Shown: in pieces, positions 28,368 through 41,138 of the stretch | Layout: each line of letters opens with the position of its first letter | Position numbering within the stretch: position 1 is the first letter of the stretch | Assembly (NCBI GenBank): GCA_964016885.1 | Contig: OZ024751.1 | Span: 36,332,001 to 36,396,000 of the forward strand | Length of the DNA: 64,000 nt | Reading direction: 5' to 3' | Source: Eledone cirrhosa | Lineage: Eukaryota | Translations under genes and position numbers: made by a program | The notes under the pieces: model-generated | Database searches by the model: none | What the model saw: the letters and a program-made list of their open reading frames with translations, nothing else | Told to the model about the DNA's origin: nothing

Positions 28368-29328
28368 TATACACATACATATATAGTCTGGCATACACAT
28401 ACATATATATTCTGGCACACACATACATATATAGTCTGGCATACACATATATATATATTCTGACATACAAATACATATATATATTCTGACATACACATAT
28501 ATATATATTCTGACATACACATACATATATATTCTGACATACATATATATATATATTCTGGCATACACATACATATATATTCTGACATACATACATATAT
28601 ATATTCTGGCATACACATACATATATATTCTGACATACACATACATATATATTCTGACATACATACATATATATATTCTGACATACATATATATATATAT
28701 TCTGGCATACACATACATATATATTCTGACATACATACATATATATATTCTGACATACATACATATATATATTCTGACATACACATACATATATATTCTG
28801 ACATACACATACATATATATTCTGGCATACACATACATATATATTCTGGCATACACATACATATATATTCTGACATACACATACATATATATTCTGACAT
28901 ACATACATATATATATTCTGACATACACATACATATATATTCTGGCATACACATACATATATATTCTGACATACACATACATATATATTCTGGCATACAC
29001 ATACATATATATTCTGACATACACATACATATATATTCTGGCACACACATACATATATATTCTGGCATACACATACATATATATTCTAGCATACACATAC
29101 ATATATAGTCTGGCATACACATATATATATATTCTGACATACAAATACATATATATTCTGGCACACACATACATATATATTCTGACATACACATACATAT
29201 ATATTCTGGCATACACATACATATATATTCTGGCATACACATACATATATATTCTGGCATACACATACATATATATTCTGACATACACATACATATATAT
29301 TCTAGCATACACATACATATATAGTCTG
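28368..29328. repeat. Minisatellite, 24-bp unit TCTGRCATACACATACATATATAT, ~40 copies
   Basis: Directly visible. Confidence 0.97.
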
Positions 29329-29379
29329 AAGAGAAATGTGACATTGGCTTAAAAGTTTCCACTAATGATGCCTCATATA

Positions 29380-29500
29380 ATTATTTCTACTTTTGGCACA
29401 AGGGCAGCAATTATCCAGTACATTACTGGTACTTTATTTTATCAACCCCATAAGGATGAAAGGCAAGGTTAAACTCGACGGGATCTGAACTCAGACCGTA
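29380..29500 (-). mobile_element. SINE family 1, 3' part
   Basis: ttggcacaagggcagcaatt...actggtactttattttatcaaccccataaggatgaaaggc...gaactcagacc. Confidence 0.88.
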
Positions 29501-29907
29501 TCTTGATGCCTCATGTAATGAGTGTTCATTCTATTAATGCTTGAATGTTTAATGCTCACGTGTTTGAACCTGGAAGATTTGCGCGAAAGTGATAGCTGGT
29601 CAATTTCTTTTTATTTGTGTGTGGTAGACCACTAACAGCAATGTATAGCAACCTCACCCCGCCCCCCTCTATCTCTCCACACCACTAATGTTGTCCAAGA
29701 GAAAAACAAAGCCAGGCCGATAGAACTTGGCAACAGTGGCGTTGTAACTAAAGTAGAATGAAGGAACATTAATAAAAGTATCTTGCTGAAGGTCACAACT
29801 ATTCGCTAGTGAACGAACTTGGTCTGGTGGCTAGATTATATTGCTAAGAGTGTAGGATCATGAGTTCGATTCCTGAACTTTGTGTGTATGCATGTTTATA
29901 TATATAT

Positions 29908-30108
29908 AGGAAATTAGTCAAGACCCCGACGGCTGAGCTCCGGCCGTTTCGACAGCTAGATCGGATCAAGCTGTCCAAACGGCCGGAGCTCAGCCGTAAG
30001 GGTCCTGACCCTACTACGCCAAGTATTGAGAACTCTGGTGCGTTATAGTCCACCTGGTATCTTACCACACCCTCTTTGTATATATATATATATAAAGAGG
30101 GTGTGGTA

Positions 30109-30111
<3 letters not shown>
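29908..30111 (+). mobile_element. Family A fold-back element, diverged subfamily
   Basis: gaccccgacggctgagctccggccgtttcgacagct / agctgtccaaacggccggagctcagccgt, then the family 3' tail; a second 17-bp inverted copy of the 3' end lies across a short TA run. Confidence 0.8.
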
Positions 30112-30166
<55 letters not shown>

Positions 30167-30208
30167 ACAGAAACACAGACACAAACATACATACATATAT
30201 ATATATAT

Positions 30209-30627
30209 AAATGAAAGGTATAGAAAGTATTGTAGTAAGAAGCCAACAGTATTCCATATAATATATGTGACTATAGCGTCAAAATGGGAAAATAGTTAAC
30301 GTAAGATGTGGGAAAAATAATTCAAACTCAATTCAAAAAGAATCAGGATATAGATTCATCCAACAGAATTTAGTGAAATCCAGGGAAAAATCAATAGAGC
30401 CTTAACTCATGATAAAATAAAGTTTAAAATACTCATCCTTCAATTTGGAACAACTACAAATGCTCTGTATAGTCTTGAAAAAGACTATTTCACGAAAACT
30501 TTCAGTGGAGATGGTCGCGGTTGGAATACGATCATCAGCAGAGCTCAACACGATACCCAAATCTCACTGATTAATATGCCAAAAGGGGAATTTAAAAGCA
30601 AAAAGGGAATTTAAAAGCAAAAAGGGA

Positions 30628-30630
<3 letters not shown>
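30209..30630 (-). mobile_element. TA-embedded element, family B, longer copy with HHR
   Basis: Homologous to 10234-10463, extends further 5' through an HHR, and has (TA)n on both sides. Confidence 0.85.
30462..30544 (-). ncRNA. Type I hammerhead ribozyme with a full stem III
   Basis: Minus strand reads GCTCTG-CTGATGA-TCG...CGT-GAA-ATAGTCTT(TTTC)AAGACTAT-A-CAGAGC. Core is canonical, stem I is 6 bp and stem III is 8 bp; stem II is poor. Confidence 0.8.
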
Positions 30631-30693
<63 letters not shown>

Positions 30694-30710
30694 GTGTGTG
30701 TATGCATGTA

Positions 30711-30961
30711 TCTTAGTCTTAGTCTTAGTTCCTCCAGTCCCTTGTGGAACATTGGGCGACGAGCTTCCTCCACTTGATCCTGTCACTGGCGGCCCTTCTA
30801 GCACCTCTCCAGGTAATTCCCATCTACCGCAGGTCCTCCCTGAATGTGCTCCGCCATGTTTTTCGTGGTCTTCCCCGTTCCCTCCTGCCACCTTCTGGTA
30901 CCCAAGCCATGGCAATATGAACAGATCGATCTGCCGGCAAACGAAGGCTGTGGCCCGCGAA
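30711..30961 (-). mobile_element. 3' fragment of an RTE-clade LINE
   Basis: Translates FAGHSLRLPADRSVHIAMAWVPEGGRRERGRPRKTWRSTFREDLR*MGITWRGARRAASDRIKWRKLVAQC (GH..R, RGRP..W and DR..WR motifs of the RTE C-terminus), followed by a (GACTAA)n tail. Confidence 0.9.
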
Positions 30962-30981
30962 CATATACATATATATACATA

Positions 30982-31174
30982 TAGGAACGAGTAGGACCCC
31001 GACGGCTGAGCTCAAGCCGTTTCGACGGCTAATTCTGTCCAGGATTAGCCGTCGAAACTACTTGAGCTCAGCCGTCGGGGTCCTACTCGTTCCTATTACC
31101 CACTCTACTACCCTAAGTATTGAGTACTTTGGTGCGTTATGGTCCACCTGGTACCTTACCACATTTCCTTCGTT
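30982..31174 (+). mobile_element. Family A fold-back element
   Basis: taggaacgagtaggaccccgacggc... / ...gccgtcggggtcctactcgttccta, then the tail ending ccttaccacatttccttcgtt(TA)n. Confidence 0.9.
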
Positions 31175-31667
31175 ATATATATATATATACCTTTCTGAGC
31201 ATTGTGCGTATGTGTAAAGTATACACTTATATTTAACTTGTGAAGGAGCCAATTCTTGTATGCGTAACTCTCTCTTCTTCATAAGACAGTCTCTCCTTCT
31301 CTCTTCTTCTCTCTCCTTCTCTCTCCTTCTCTCTCCTTCTCTACCTCTTCTTCTCAATAGTTATTTCTTCGTGTTTTTCCTCTCCTTCCATCGAACGTTT
31401 TCATTTGGTCTTATGCCTTCCTGTCTTTCTGTCTTCCTTTCCTTTCCTATATTTCCCGCTCTTTTCTCATTCCTCCCCTCTCAATTTTCTCTTACTCTCT
31501 TTCTCTTACTGGCTTTCTCTTCCCCTCCTTCTCTTCCTCTCTTCCTCTCTTACACTCTCTCTGCTCGGCGACGAAATTCTCATAGAATCGATTACTAAAG
31601 TTTCGTCTTCCAGTATAATATACATAATACATACATATACATATATATGTGTGAGTGTGTGTGTGTA

Positions 31668-31704
<37 letters not shown>

Positions 31705-31857
31705 ATATATATTTATTAACATACGTAAATACATATATATATTTACATACATACCTACAAACATACATATATTTATATATATATATATATATATATTTAT
31801 ACATACATAAACACATATATATTTATATACATACAAACTACAAACATACATACATAC

Positions 31858-31921
<64 letters not shown>

Positions 31922-31956
31922 AAATATATACATACATATGTAGTATATATATATAC

Positions 31957-32072
<116 letters not shown>

Positions 32073-32075
32073 TTA

Positions 32076-32107
<32 letters not shown>

Positions 32108-32591
32108 CATAAATACACACACATCTTTGCTGGCTTTGTCAGGCTATGTACGTAACAGAGAAGCGAGAATAGTACAGTGAAAAGAAGGCAGTACACAGTG
32201 CAGACACAAAACAACAATAACCACCACCACACCAACACCTCCACCAACACCACCACCACCAACACCACCAAGAAAAACAAAAAAACAACAACAGCAACAA
32301 TGCTGGTATTATCTAATTGGGTTAAACTCATTGAAGCAGATGTTCTGTATGCAATGCTTTGGGGCTGGCAACGATGTGAATATCTGAGTCTCAATTGGAT
32401 TATTACACAACAAGATGCGACCGAATTGCGACGAAAGGGAAAAAAGCATAGAAATTATTCCTTAATAGAATGTTAAAAGCAGATGGAGGCAAGGAAACAG
32501 TGACACACACAGACACATACAGACACACACAGACACATACAGACACATACAGACACATACAGACACGCGCACACACCTATAGGATTATAAG

Positions 32592-32650
<59 letters not shown>

Positions 32651-32653
32651 TAT

Positions 32654-32708
<55 letters not shown>

Positions 32709-32754
32709 TATATATATAGATATATGTATATATATATATATTAATGGATATCTT

Positions 32755-32844
<90 letters not shown>

Positions 32845-32895
32845 TATATAGATATATATATATATGTATATGTATATATATATGAATGGATATCT

Positions 32896-32940
<45 letters not shown>

Positions 32941-33134
32941 TGAGAGATAAATATATATATATATATATAGATATAGATATATATATTGTATATGTGGGTT
33001 AGTGGGTGTGTTTACGGGTGTCTGTGTGTTGGTGGAGGTGTGAGTCTTGTACATATGTATGTATGTAGGTATATGGGTGAAGTTTTATGATAGAAACCAT
33101 TAAAATAAAGAAAATCACGTGTTTTTTTTTCTTT

Positions 33135-33685
33135 CGAAAAAGTATTTGAGGTAGGTCTGGCGAAAAAATTACATAATTGGTGGGGTTCAATTGCTTATCC
33201 CCTTCGAAATAGACCCCTTTTATCTTCACACACTCTATAGATACTTCCACTCTTTGAAGCACGCCTGAAATGTTTCCTCTGGGAGCGCGCTTCTTTCCGC
33301 CGTTGCAGCCCTGACGGAACTCAAAGCAGGAACCTTTCAGTGGCATCATCTCTTTTCGGAACAACTTCACGTCAGAAGAACTAATGTCTAGAGAATCGGA
33401 AGTCTTGCAAATGATCGATATGTCTTTCTTTGTCAACAAACCATGACTAACCTGCAACGAATGAACCGCGGAGCTCTGTCATGATCAACTGTCAGACTTG
33501 CGAGGCTCCCAGAACTAGTCTATTGCACTTAACAACATCAGGATAAATTCAGAGGACTTCATGATAGTACACCACTTAACTCTTTGTCCCTCTGGGGGGG
33601 GGGGTATTTATGGCACCCAGTGCCTCGGTAATCGTGGGGAATTTGGTTGCGCACCTTTCGTGCTTTTTTGCGGTCATCGAGTTCA
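33135..33685 (-). pseudogene. Decayed mariner transposase fragment (catalytic-domain C-terminal half)
   Basis: Piecing minus-strand frames gives PQKARKVR, DYRG, PEGQRV, YYHEVL, DHDRAP (cf. HHDNAP), SDSLDISSSDVKLFRK..PLKG..FE (cf. PYSPDLAPSDF.LF) and CVKIKGVYFEGDK, collinear with mariner transposases. Stops and frameshifts are present. Confidence 0.85.
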
Positions 33686-33857
33686 ACAACGCATATGTGT
33701 GTTCATATATATGTATACAGGTCCATTCTAGTCAGTTCTGTATCCCTACCGTTATTACTTCCCACGGAAAATGAATCGGATACTTTCTCGATATACACTC
33801 ACATACTGACAGACACACACACACACACACACAAAGGCACACACAGATATGTCTGTG

Positions 33858-33912
<55 letters not shown>

Positions 33913-33914
<2 letters not shown>

Positions 33915-34212
33915 CGAAGTAGTTGTGGTAAGGGACCAGATGGACCATAACGCACCAGAGTACTCAATAGTTAGGGTAGTAGAGTGGGTAATAGGAGAAA
34001 GTATGACCCCGACGGCTAACCACCACCACACCAACACCTCCACCAACACCACCACCACCAACACAAACCCCTACTACCACCAACACCACCAAGAAAAACA
34101 ATAAAAACAACAACAGCAACAATGCTGGTATTATCTGGACTAATTTCTTTGACTTTAGTCCAGAAATAGCCGTCGAAACGGCTTGAGCTCTGCCGTAGGG
34201 GTCATACTTTCT

Positions 34213-34215
<3 letters not shown>
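33913..34215 (-). mobile_element. Family A fold-back element interrupted by a locally templated insert
   Basis: Family 3' tail, arms ggagaaagtatgacccc / ggggtcatactttctcc; 34018-34136 matches 32218-32313. Confidence 0.85.
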
Positions 34216-34260
<45 letters not shown>

Positions 34261-34605
34261 TATGAAAAAAATATATATATATGGATATGTATATATATAA
34301 TATATATATATATATAGGGGGGGGGGGGGTCCATCTGTTATGTTTGCTATATAACAATGTTTATTATCCAGTAAGTGTCATATATTTTCTATAATGCTGA
34401 ATGTAAGCTTATGTTGATGTGTGTAAATATTTATAGGACTGTTTATATGTATATATATATATACATATGTGTGTGTGTGTGTGTTTGTGTGTGTGTACAG
34501 GATTCTGCATGATAGTATATGTGTATGTGAGTGCAGTGTATTCCAATGTGTATGTACATGTACAACATGATACGTGTGATTCTGTGTATGGTCGTATGTG
34601 TAATA

Positions 34606-35227
34606 GTGGTGGTGATGGTGGTGGTGGTGGTGGTGGCGACGGTGGTGGTGGGGGGGGGGGGGTGATAGTGGTGGTGGTGGTGGTGGTGGTGGTGGTGGTG
34701 GTGGTGGTGGTGGTGGTGGCGACGGCGGTGGTGTGGTGGTGGTGGTGGTGGTGGCGACGGCGGTGGTGTGGTGGTGGTGGTGGTGGTGATGGTGGCGGTG
34801 GTGGTGGTGATGGTGGCGGCGGTGGTGGCGGCGGCGGCGGTGGTGGTGGTGATGGTAGTGGTGGTGGTGGTGGTGATGGTGTTGGTAGTGGTGGTGGTGG
34901 TGGTGGTGGTGGTGGTGGTGATGGTGGTGGTGGTGGTAGTGGTGGTGGTGGTGGTGGTGGTGGTGGTGGTGGTGATGGTGGTGGTGGTGGTAGTGGTGGT
35001 GGTGGTGGTGGTGATGGTGATGGTGGTGGTGGTGGTAGTGGTGGTGGTGGTGGTGGTGGTGGTAATGGTGGTGGTGGTGGTAGTGGTGGTGGTGGTGGTA
35101 ATGGTGGTGGTGGTGGTAGTGGTGATGGTGGTGGTGGTGGTGGTGGTGGTGGTGGTGGTGGTGGTGACGGCGGTGGTGTGGTGGTGGTGGTGGTGGTGAT
35201 GGTGGCGGTGGTGGTGGTGATGGTGGC

Positions 35228-35259
<32 letters not shown>

Positions 35260-35565
35260 TGGTGGTGGTGATGGTGTTGGTGGTGGTGGTGGTAGTGGTA
35301 GTGGTGGTGGTGGTGATGGTGGTGGTGGTGGTGGTGATGGTGTTGGTAGTGGTGGTGGTGGTGGTGGTGGTGGTGGTGGTGGTGGTGGTTGTGATGGTGG
35401 TGGTGGTGGTGATGGTGGTGGTGGTGGTGGTGGTGGTGGTGGTGGTGGTGGTGGTGGTGGTGGTGGCGGCGGCGGCGGTGGTGGTGGTGATGGTGATGGT
35501 GGTGGTGGTGGTAGTGGTGGTGGTGGTGGTAGTGGTGGTGGTGGTGGTAATGGTGGTGGTTGTGA
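34606..35565. repeat. ~1-kb (GGT)n-based G-rich simple repeat
   Basis: Directly visible; source of the poly-P, H, G and V ORFs. Confidence 0.95.
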
Positions 35566-35850
35566 TGGGTTGGGTGGATGTGATGGGAGAGTGTTAGTGT
35601 AAAGGTGCAAGCCTTTGCGTGTTTGTCTGCATTTTATTTCCTGCTGGCGTGTGTATGTATGTGTGTATTACGTATGTATGTGTGTATTGATGGATGGATG
35701 TATTGATGTATGTATGTATGTATGTATGTATGTATGTATGTATGTATGTATGTACGTTTACGTATATACGTATGTTTGTATGTATGTATATATATATCTA
35801 TAGACGTATGTATACAACCATGCATATATGTGTGCATGTATGTATACATG

Positions 35851-35950
<100 letters not shown>

Positions 35951-36795
35951 TGTGTGTGTGTGTGTGCGTGTCTATAGGTATGTATCTATGACGTATGTAT
36001 CTCTATATGTATGTTCATATGTATGCATGTATGTATGTATACGTGTCTCTTAGGCCTGGGAACTTTCGTCGGCAGAGACACTTGTCATACGCACGAAACA
36101 TATAATAGCGGTGTTTGCCTCAATCAATTACTGATCCTTAAACTAAAGGCCACTTGCGGTATATATAATTCCGTTATATAACACTTAGCTTATATAGAAA
36201 AGCTTAGAATACAGAACACTTTACAAGATGGTCGCTTATATTGTGGATCTAAGTAGCCCTGTCTTACACGATACATTTAACTTTCGGGAAAATGGTCCTT
36301 TGACATACATTGGCGCCATTTCTTACGTAATTACATTATATGTGAAGGAGCAATGGTGGTGGTTGTGGTGGTGATGGTGGCGGTGTTAGTGCTGGTTATT
36401 TTAGTGGTGGTTGTGGTGGTGCTGGTGGTTGTGGTGATGCTGGTGGTGTTAGTGGTGGTTATTTTAGTGGTGGTTGTGGTGGTGCTGGTGGTGGTGGTGA
36501 TTGTGGTAGTGTTAGTGGTGGTTATTTTAGTGGTGATATTGGTGATGTTGGTGATGTTGGTGATGTTGGTGATGGTGGTGATGGTGTTTGTGATGGCGGT
36601 GGTAGTGTGGGATGTTACTTGCACTATTACCAATGAATGACTGTTTCCCTACATGAGAAGATCATATTTGCACATATCTAGTTTCTTGTGTATCAAATTG
36701 ATATATATATATATATACACACATATACATACGCACATTCATATATACACACACACACACACATACACACACGCACACACACACACACACACACA

Positions 36796-36862
<67 letters not shown>

Positions 36863-36864
<2 letters not shown>

Positions 36865-36974
36865 CGAAGGAAATGTGGTAAGGAACCAGGTGGACCATAA
36901 CGCACAAATTCTGGCGTCCAGAATTAGCCGTCGAAACGGCTTGAGCTCTGCCGTCGGGGTTTTACTGGTTGCTC
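36863..36974 (-). mobile_element. Family A element, internally deleted
   Basis: aacgaaggaaatgtggtaaggaaccaggtggaccataacgcac is joined to tccagaattagccgtcgaaacggcttgagctctgccgtcggggt. Confidence 0.85.
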
Positions 36975-37454
36975 TATATATATATATATATATATATTAA
37001 TATATATATATAAGTATATATACATATGTATAAATGTGTGTGCCTCTGTAATAGCGTGTATGTGCGTGAGAGTGTGTGCGTTTTTTCCTCAATATACACC
37101 GATTCATCGAAAGAAAGATAAGCAGGTGGTTTTCGAGTTAAATTATTTACGATGTTTGTTCCACAAACTTTTATATATACTCCCTTGTCAGAAAAGCAGT
37201 GAATCTATAATGGATCCGTTATAAAACTTTACCCAATGTCGGAGCTGTTTTACTTGTAGTTTTCCGAGACGAAATTCGAGAATTTCTATAGTTCAAAGAA
37301 ACCCTAGGTTCTTTTAGAATCTTCTGGGCGCCACAAATATCTTCTCTTACAACTTCATCTATCCATGAACCCTCAATTTCTGATAGCGTTGTGACATTCG
37401 GTGTGAGTTGGGCATTTTAAACCTGACGGAGATCATCCCTCTTCTGGTCTGAAT

Positions 37455-37650
37455 GTAATTTATTTGGGGTGAGGAAGGGAGAAAGAGAAAGAGATAGAAT
37501 TGACTGCAGTACTTAAACGGTACTATATTTATCAACCACGAATATATAAAAGGTAAGGTTGACCTGAGCGAGATTAGATCTCAGAACGCATGCTGCTGGC
37601 ACGATTACCACAAAACTTTCTATCCGACGTTCTAACAACTCAACCAATTC
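37455..37650 (-). mobile_element. Decayed SINE family 1
   Basis: ggtactatatttatcaacc...aaaggtaaggttgacctgagcgagatt...tcagaacg...tccgacgttctaac. Confidence 0.7.
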
Positions 37651-38599
37651 AACGTATTTCTCTTGTATAAAACGCTGCTAAAATATTCACTTTAAATAAC
37701 TTGCTCTGTGTGGCTTATTCTCCATTTTGTTAAACTGAGTCAAAGTAAAAGTAAATTTAAAGTGTCTCGCCTCGAGTGACAAAAACGCCTTCAAATGGCT
37801 CCACTGATCAGCATATTGTGAGCAATGTAACAATCCCAGATGGAAGCCATTATACCAGTAGCTACACCAGCTTTTTCTTCTATATGCCATCCAAATGGCA
37901 CTCGTATAACTTTATAGTAGCGAATCGTAATGATAGCAATGGCTGAAAAGAACGAAATATATATTTATATAGTCTTCCTTTTCTGATTACAATCATGGGA
38001 AAACGATTGCTGCTTCTTACCTCCTGCGGCAGTCAGAATTGGAGAGACAAGAAATATAATGGAACATCTATAGAGGATTTCATTTCAAGTACTTCTTCCT
38101 TGCCTGTGGTGCTTTAAAATGTCTATCACGTGAACGGTAACCTTGGTAATGTAAGGAGATGTGAGGTGTGAGGTGATGTGAAAAGCTATATTTTCTGATA
38201 ATACAATGTCTACCTAGAAGACAGAAATAACAGGATTGGCTTTAACTTAACGAACTGTCTGGGGTGCAGTCATTTTCTCTTTACCTTTTTTTTTTGTTTG
38301 TTTGTTTTGTTTTTGATTGTTTGTAGCAAAAAAAGTAAGATAGAGTATTTCTCGTATAGAATCGGCAAAAACCATATAAGTTTTGTTGTGTTTGATAGAG
38401 AGCAATTGAGGCAAATGAGACTTTTAAAATTATTTCATTTATTTATCTCACATACATATACTCAGTGGATTAAAAGACTCGTTAGAGCATCGCACCAATT
38501 ATCTTTCGGCTCGTTTATCTCAGGGTTCAAATCTTGCCGAAATCAGCTTTGCCATTGCTAATGAAACTGAGGAAACGAAATCTTGCAATTAAAATGGTC

Positions 38600-38755
38600 A
38601 GCTTCTTCCCATACTGCGTCATATTGAATCTCTTTTTGAAAGTTACATCAAGGGTCCATATGCTTTGGAATAACTAGCCACTTACACGTAAATCTAAGGG
38701 GTAGAATGTTCCGTTAGTCGAGCAACTGATGCACGCATCGTCGTAACGGATGTTG
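38600..38755 (+). mobile_element. Decayed SINE 3' tail related to 62710-62845
   Basis: tgaatctc...gccacttacacgtaaat...ttccgtt...caactg...cgtcgtaac. Confidence 0.6.
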
Positions 38756-38827
38756 GTTCATTTACACTTGCAAAGAGATCTTCTTAACCATTCAGTCATG
38801 TTTTTATATTTATCTACGTGTAGAGTC

Positions 38828-39030
38828 ATTGACTGGCGATATCGATAGAGCGTCGGATAACATGATTTGTAGTTCAGAGTTGCTCCCCTCTTAACGTTCT
38901 GAGTTCAAATCCCGCCGACGTTAGCTTAACCTTTCACCATTACGTAGTCGATAAAGTAAAGTACCAGTAATGCACTAGGGTCGATTTAATCAACTTCCTC
39001 CTCTTCTAAAATTGTTGGCCTTGTGCCTAA
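38828..39030 (+). mobile_element. SINE family 1
   Basis: ttctgagttcaaatcccgccga...cctttca...gtcgataaagtaaagtaccagtaatgcact...ggccttgtgccta. Confidence 0.88.
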
Positions 39031-39754
39031 ATCTGACTCTATATTTATATATGTGAAATATTATACACTACCAATGTAATAGGGATCGTGTCAAGATGAG
39101 GCCACTCAGCCCTTACAGAAATAAAAGAATTTATTTTATTTTATTTTCATTTACGCTAAGTAAAGACAGCAACATTAATATTCACTTCCTGTGTAATTTT
39201 TTCCTTATTTTTTTCTCATTGGCAACGGATCTGTTCTAAAATGTTCTGTCAAAACAGATGGTACAGATATAGCAGTTTGCCAATTTTCCAAATGTTTAAA
39301 ACATGTCCCATTAATAACTGACATCTATATTATATACTTTGCATACAATGTTGTTTACACCCAAATGCTGTTCAATTTAGACGTAGGTTGTTGTCGCATG
39401 TCTCATGGCTCAGTAATAAGAACACTCAGCTACAATTTTAAAGATATGGAGTTCGGTACATCGTAGCGGTCGTTGGCCACTTTTCTGTCGTCCATAGGTC
39501 TATTTTACTCGATTTTCAAAGCCATCGACTCTGTTACAGATATTTTCTTTGTCCGGGACTCCTACATTTTCTATGAATTTATGTTATATGTTTTAGTTTG
39601 TTGTTCTTTTTGGTATTTGTTTTTAGTAATTAGTCTAGAAGAGACAGGACGTCCCTGTGTCTCAGATCAGTGTGTCTGTGCCTCTGAGACTGATAGAAAA
39701 GAAGGACGGAAAGGTGCATGATGAAACTGGAGACCTGCTCTAAATGTTTACAAT

Positions 39755-40015
39755 GGAGTGGCCTAGCAGTAACGGTGTTGGACTTAAGATCTTTTGTCGC
39801 GGGTTCGATTCATGGGCTGGCTTGTGTTTTCTTCTTGAGCCGACCACTTCATTTCAGGTTGCTCCAGTATACAACTGAAAATGAATACCAGCAATAAGTG
39901 GGGGCTTAAGCCTGCGATGGACTGGCGTCCTGTCCAAGGAAGGGGTCTTGTGCTCTCAGCCACTTAACACCACAGAAACGTGGATAAGTTTCGGTCCGAA
40001 GCCTCCTGGCTTGAG
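39755..40015 (+). mobile_element. tRNA-derived SINE related to family 2
   Basis: A-box-like TGGCCTAGCAGT, B box GGGTTCGATTC, cttgagc..cacttcatttcaggttgctcca, then cctgcgatggactggcgtcctgtcca. Confidence 0.75.
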
Positions 40016-40493
40016 ACATAATTTTTTAATGATTAATTATCATTTTCATTAGATTTACTGTATTTTCCTGAAATCCTAAAAGCTGCAATTCTTATTATCT
40101 AGATTATATGTTTGTTTTTATTTTATAAATATTGTCTGGACATCTTATAATTATTTAGATATTACTATTATTATATTTTTAATCCTTATAAGTGTTATTT
40201 TAGTTGCTGTGCTTGTTGATGTTGATGATGCTGCTCTTGTTAATGTTGATACTGTAGTTGTTGACGTTATTATTGTTGTTATAGTTGTTGTTGTTGGTGG
40301 TGGTGGTGGTGTTGGTGATGGTGTTGTTGCTGCTGCTGCTGCTGTTTTTGTTGTTGTTGTCTCGTTGTCCACGTTATCCGCAATAACATATGTTGTTACA
40401 CGATTTACTTAATTCGGATGTCACCACCCAAAATATATATAAGCTTCTATACATATATACATATAAATATTTATAAATATATAATATTTTATG

Positions 40494-40526
<33 letters not shown>

Positions 40527-40558
40527 GTGTGTATATATATGTACACATACACACACAA

Positions 40559-40640
<82 letters not shown>

Positions 40641-40987
40641 TACATCGCATCAGAATTCAAAGGGAAAACAATTCTATCCCAGAGAAGAGATAAAGCAAAT
40701 CTGAGTCGGGAGATTTCCAGTATAAATTCCTTGTAGCTAAATTAAAAGGAACCTTGTAAAGATAGCAATCTTACACGCTGTTTAGATAGCGCTAGATAAG
40801 TTTAGCGTACCGTATTTCCCTTCTAGTAAATGGGGTGTTGTGTTACTGCAGTTCACTCCTTGCTATCGTTTTGGTGATCATACGATAGTTTGGTGTGTAC
40901 GGTGGTGTGGTGTGGTATTAGGGAGTGTTTGGTGCTGTGATGTAGTATGATATTGTTAGATTTGGTGCGGTGTCGTATTGTGTAGTG

Positions 40988-41026
<39 letters not shown>

Positions 41027-41085
41027 AAACAGATTAAAATTTAAGCAAAGAATCACTTATTTATTATATATATATATATATATAT

Positions 41086-41138
<53 letters not shown>

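Noticed and set aside
34378-35610. Poly-Pro/His and poly-Gly/Val ORFs
   Set aside because: (GGT)n simple repeat. The same applies to all YI/IY, CV and TH ORFs, which derive from (TA)n and (CA)n.
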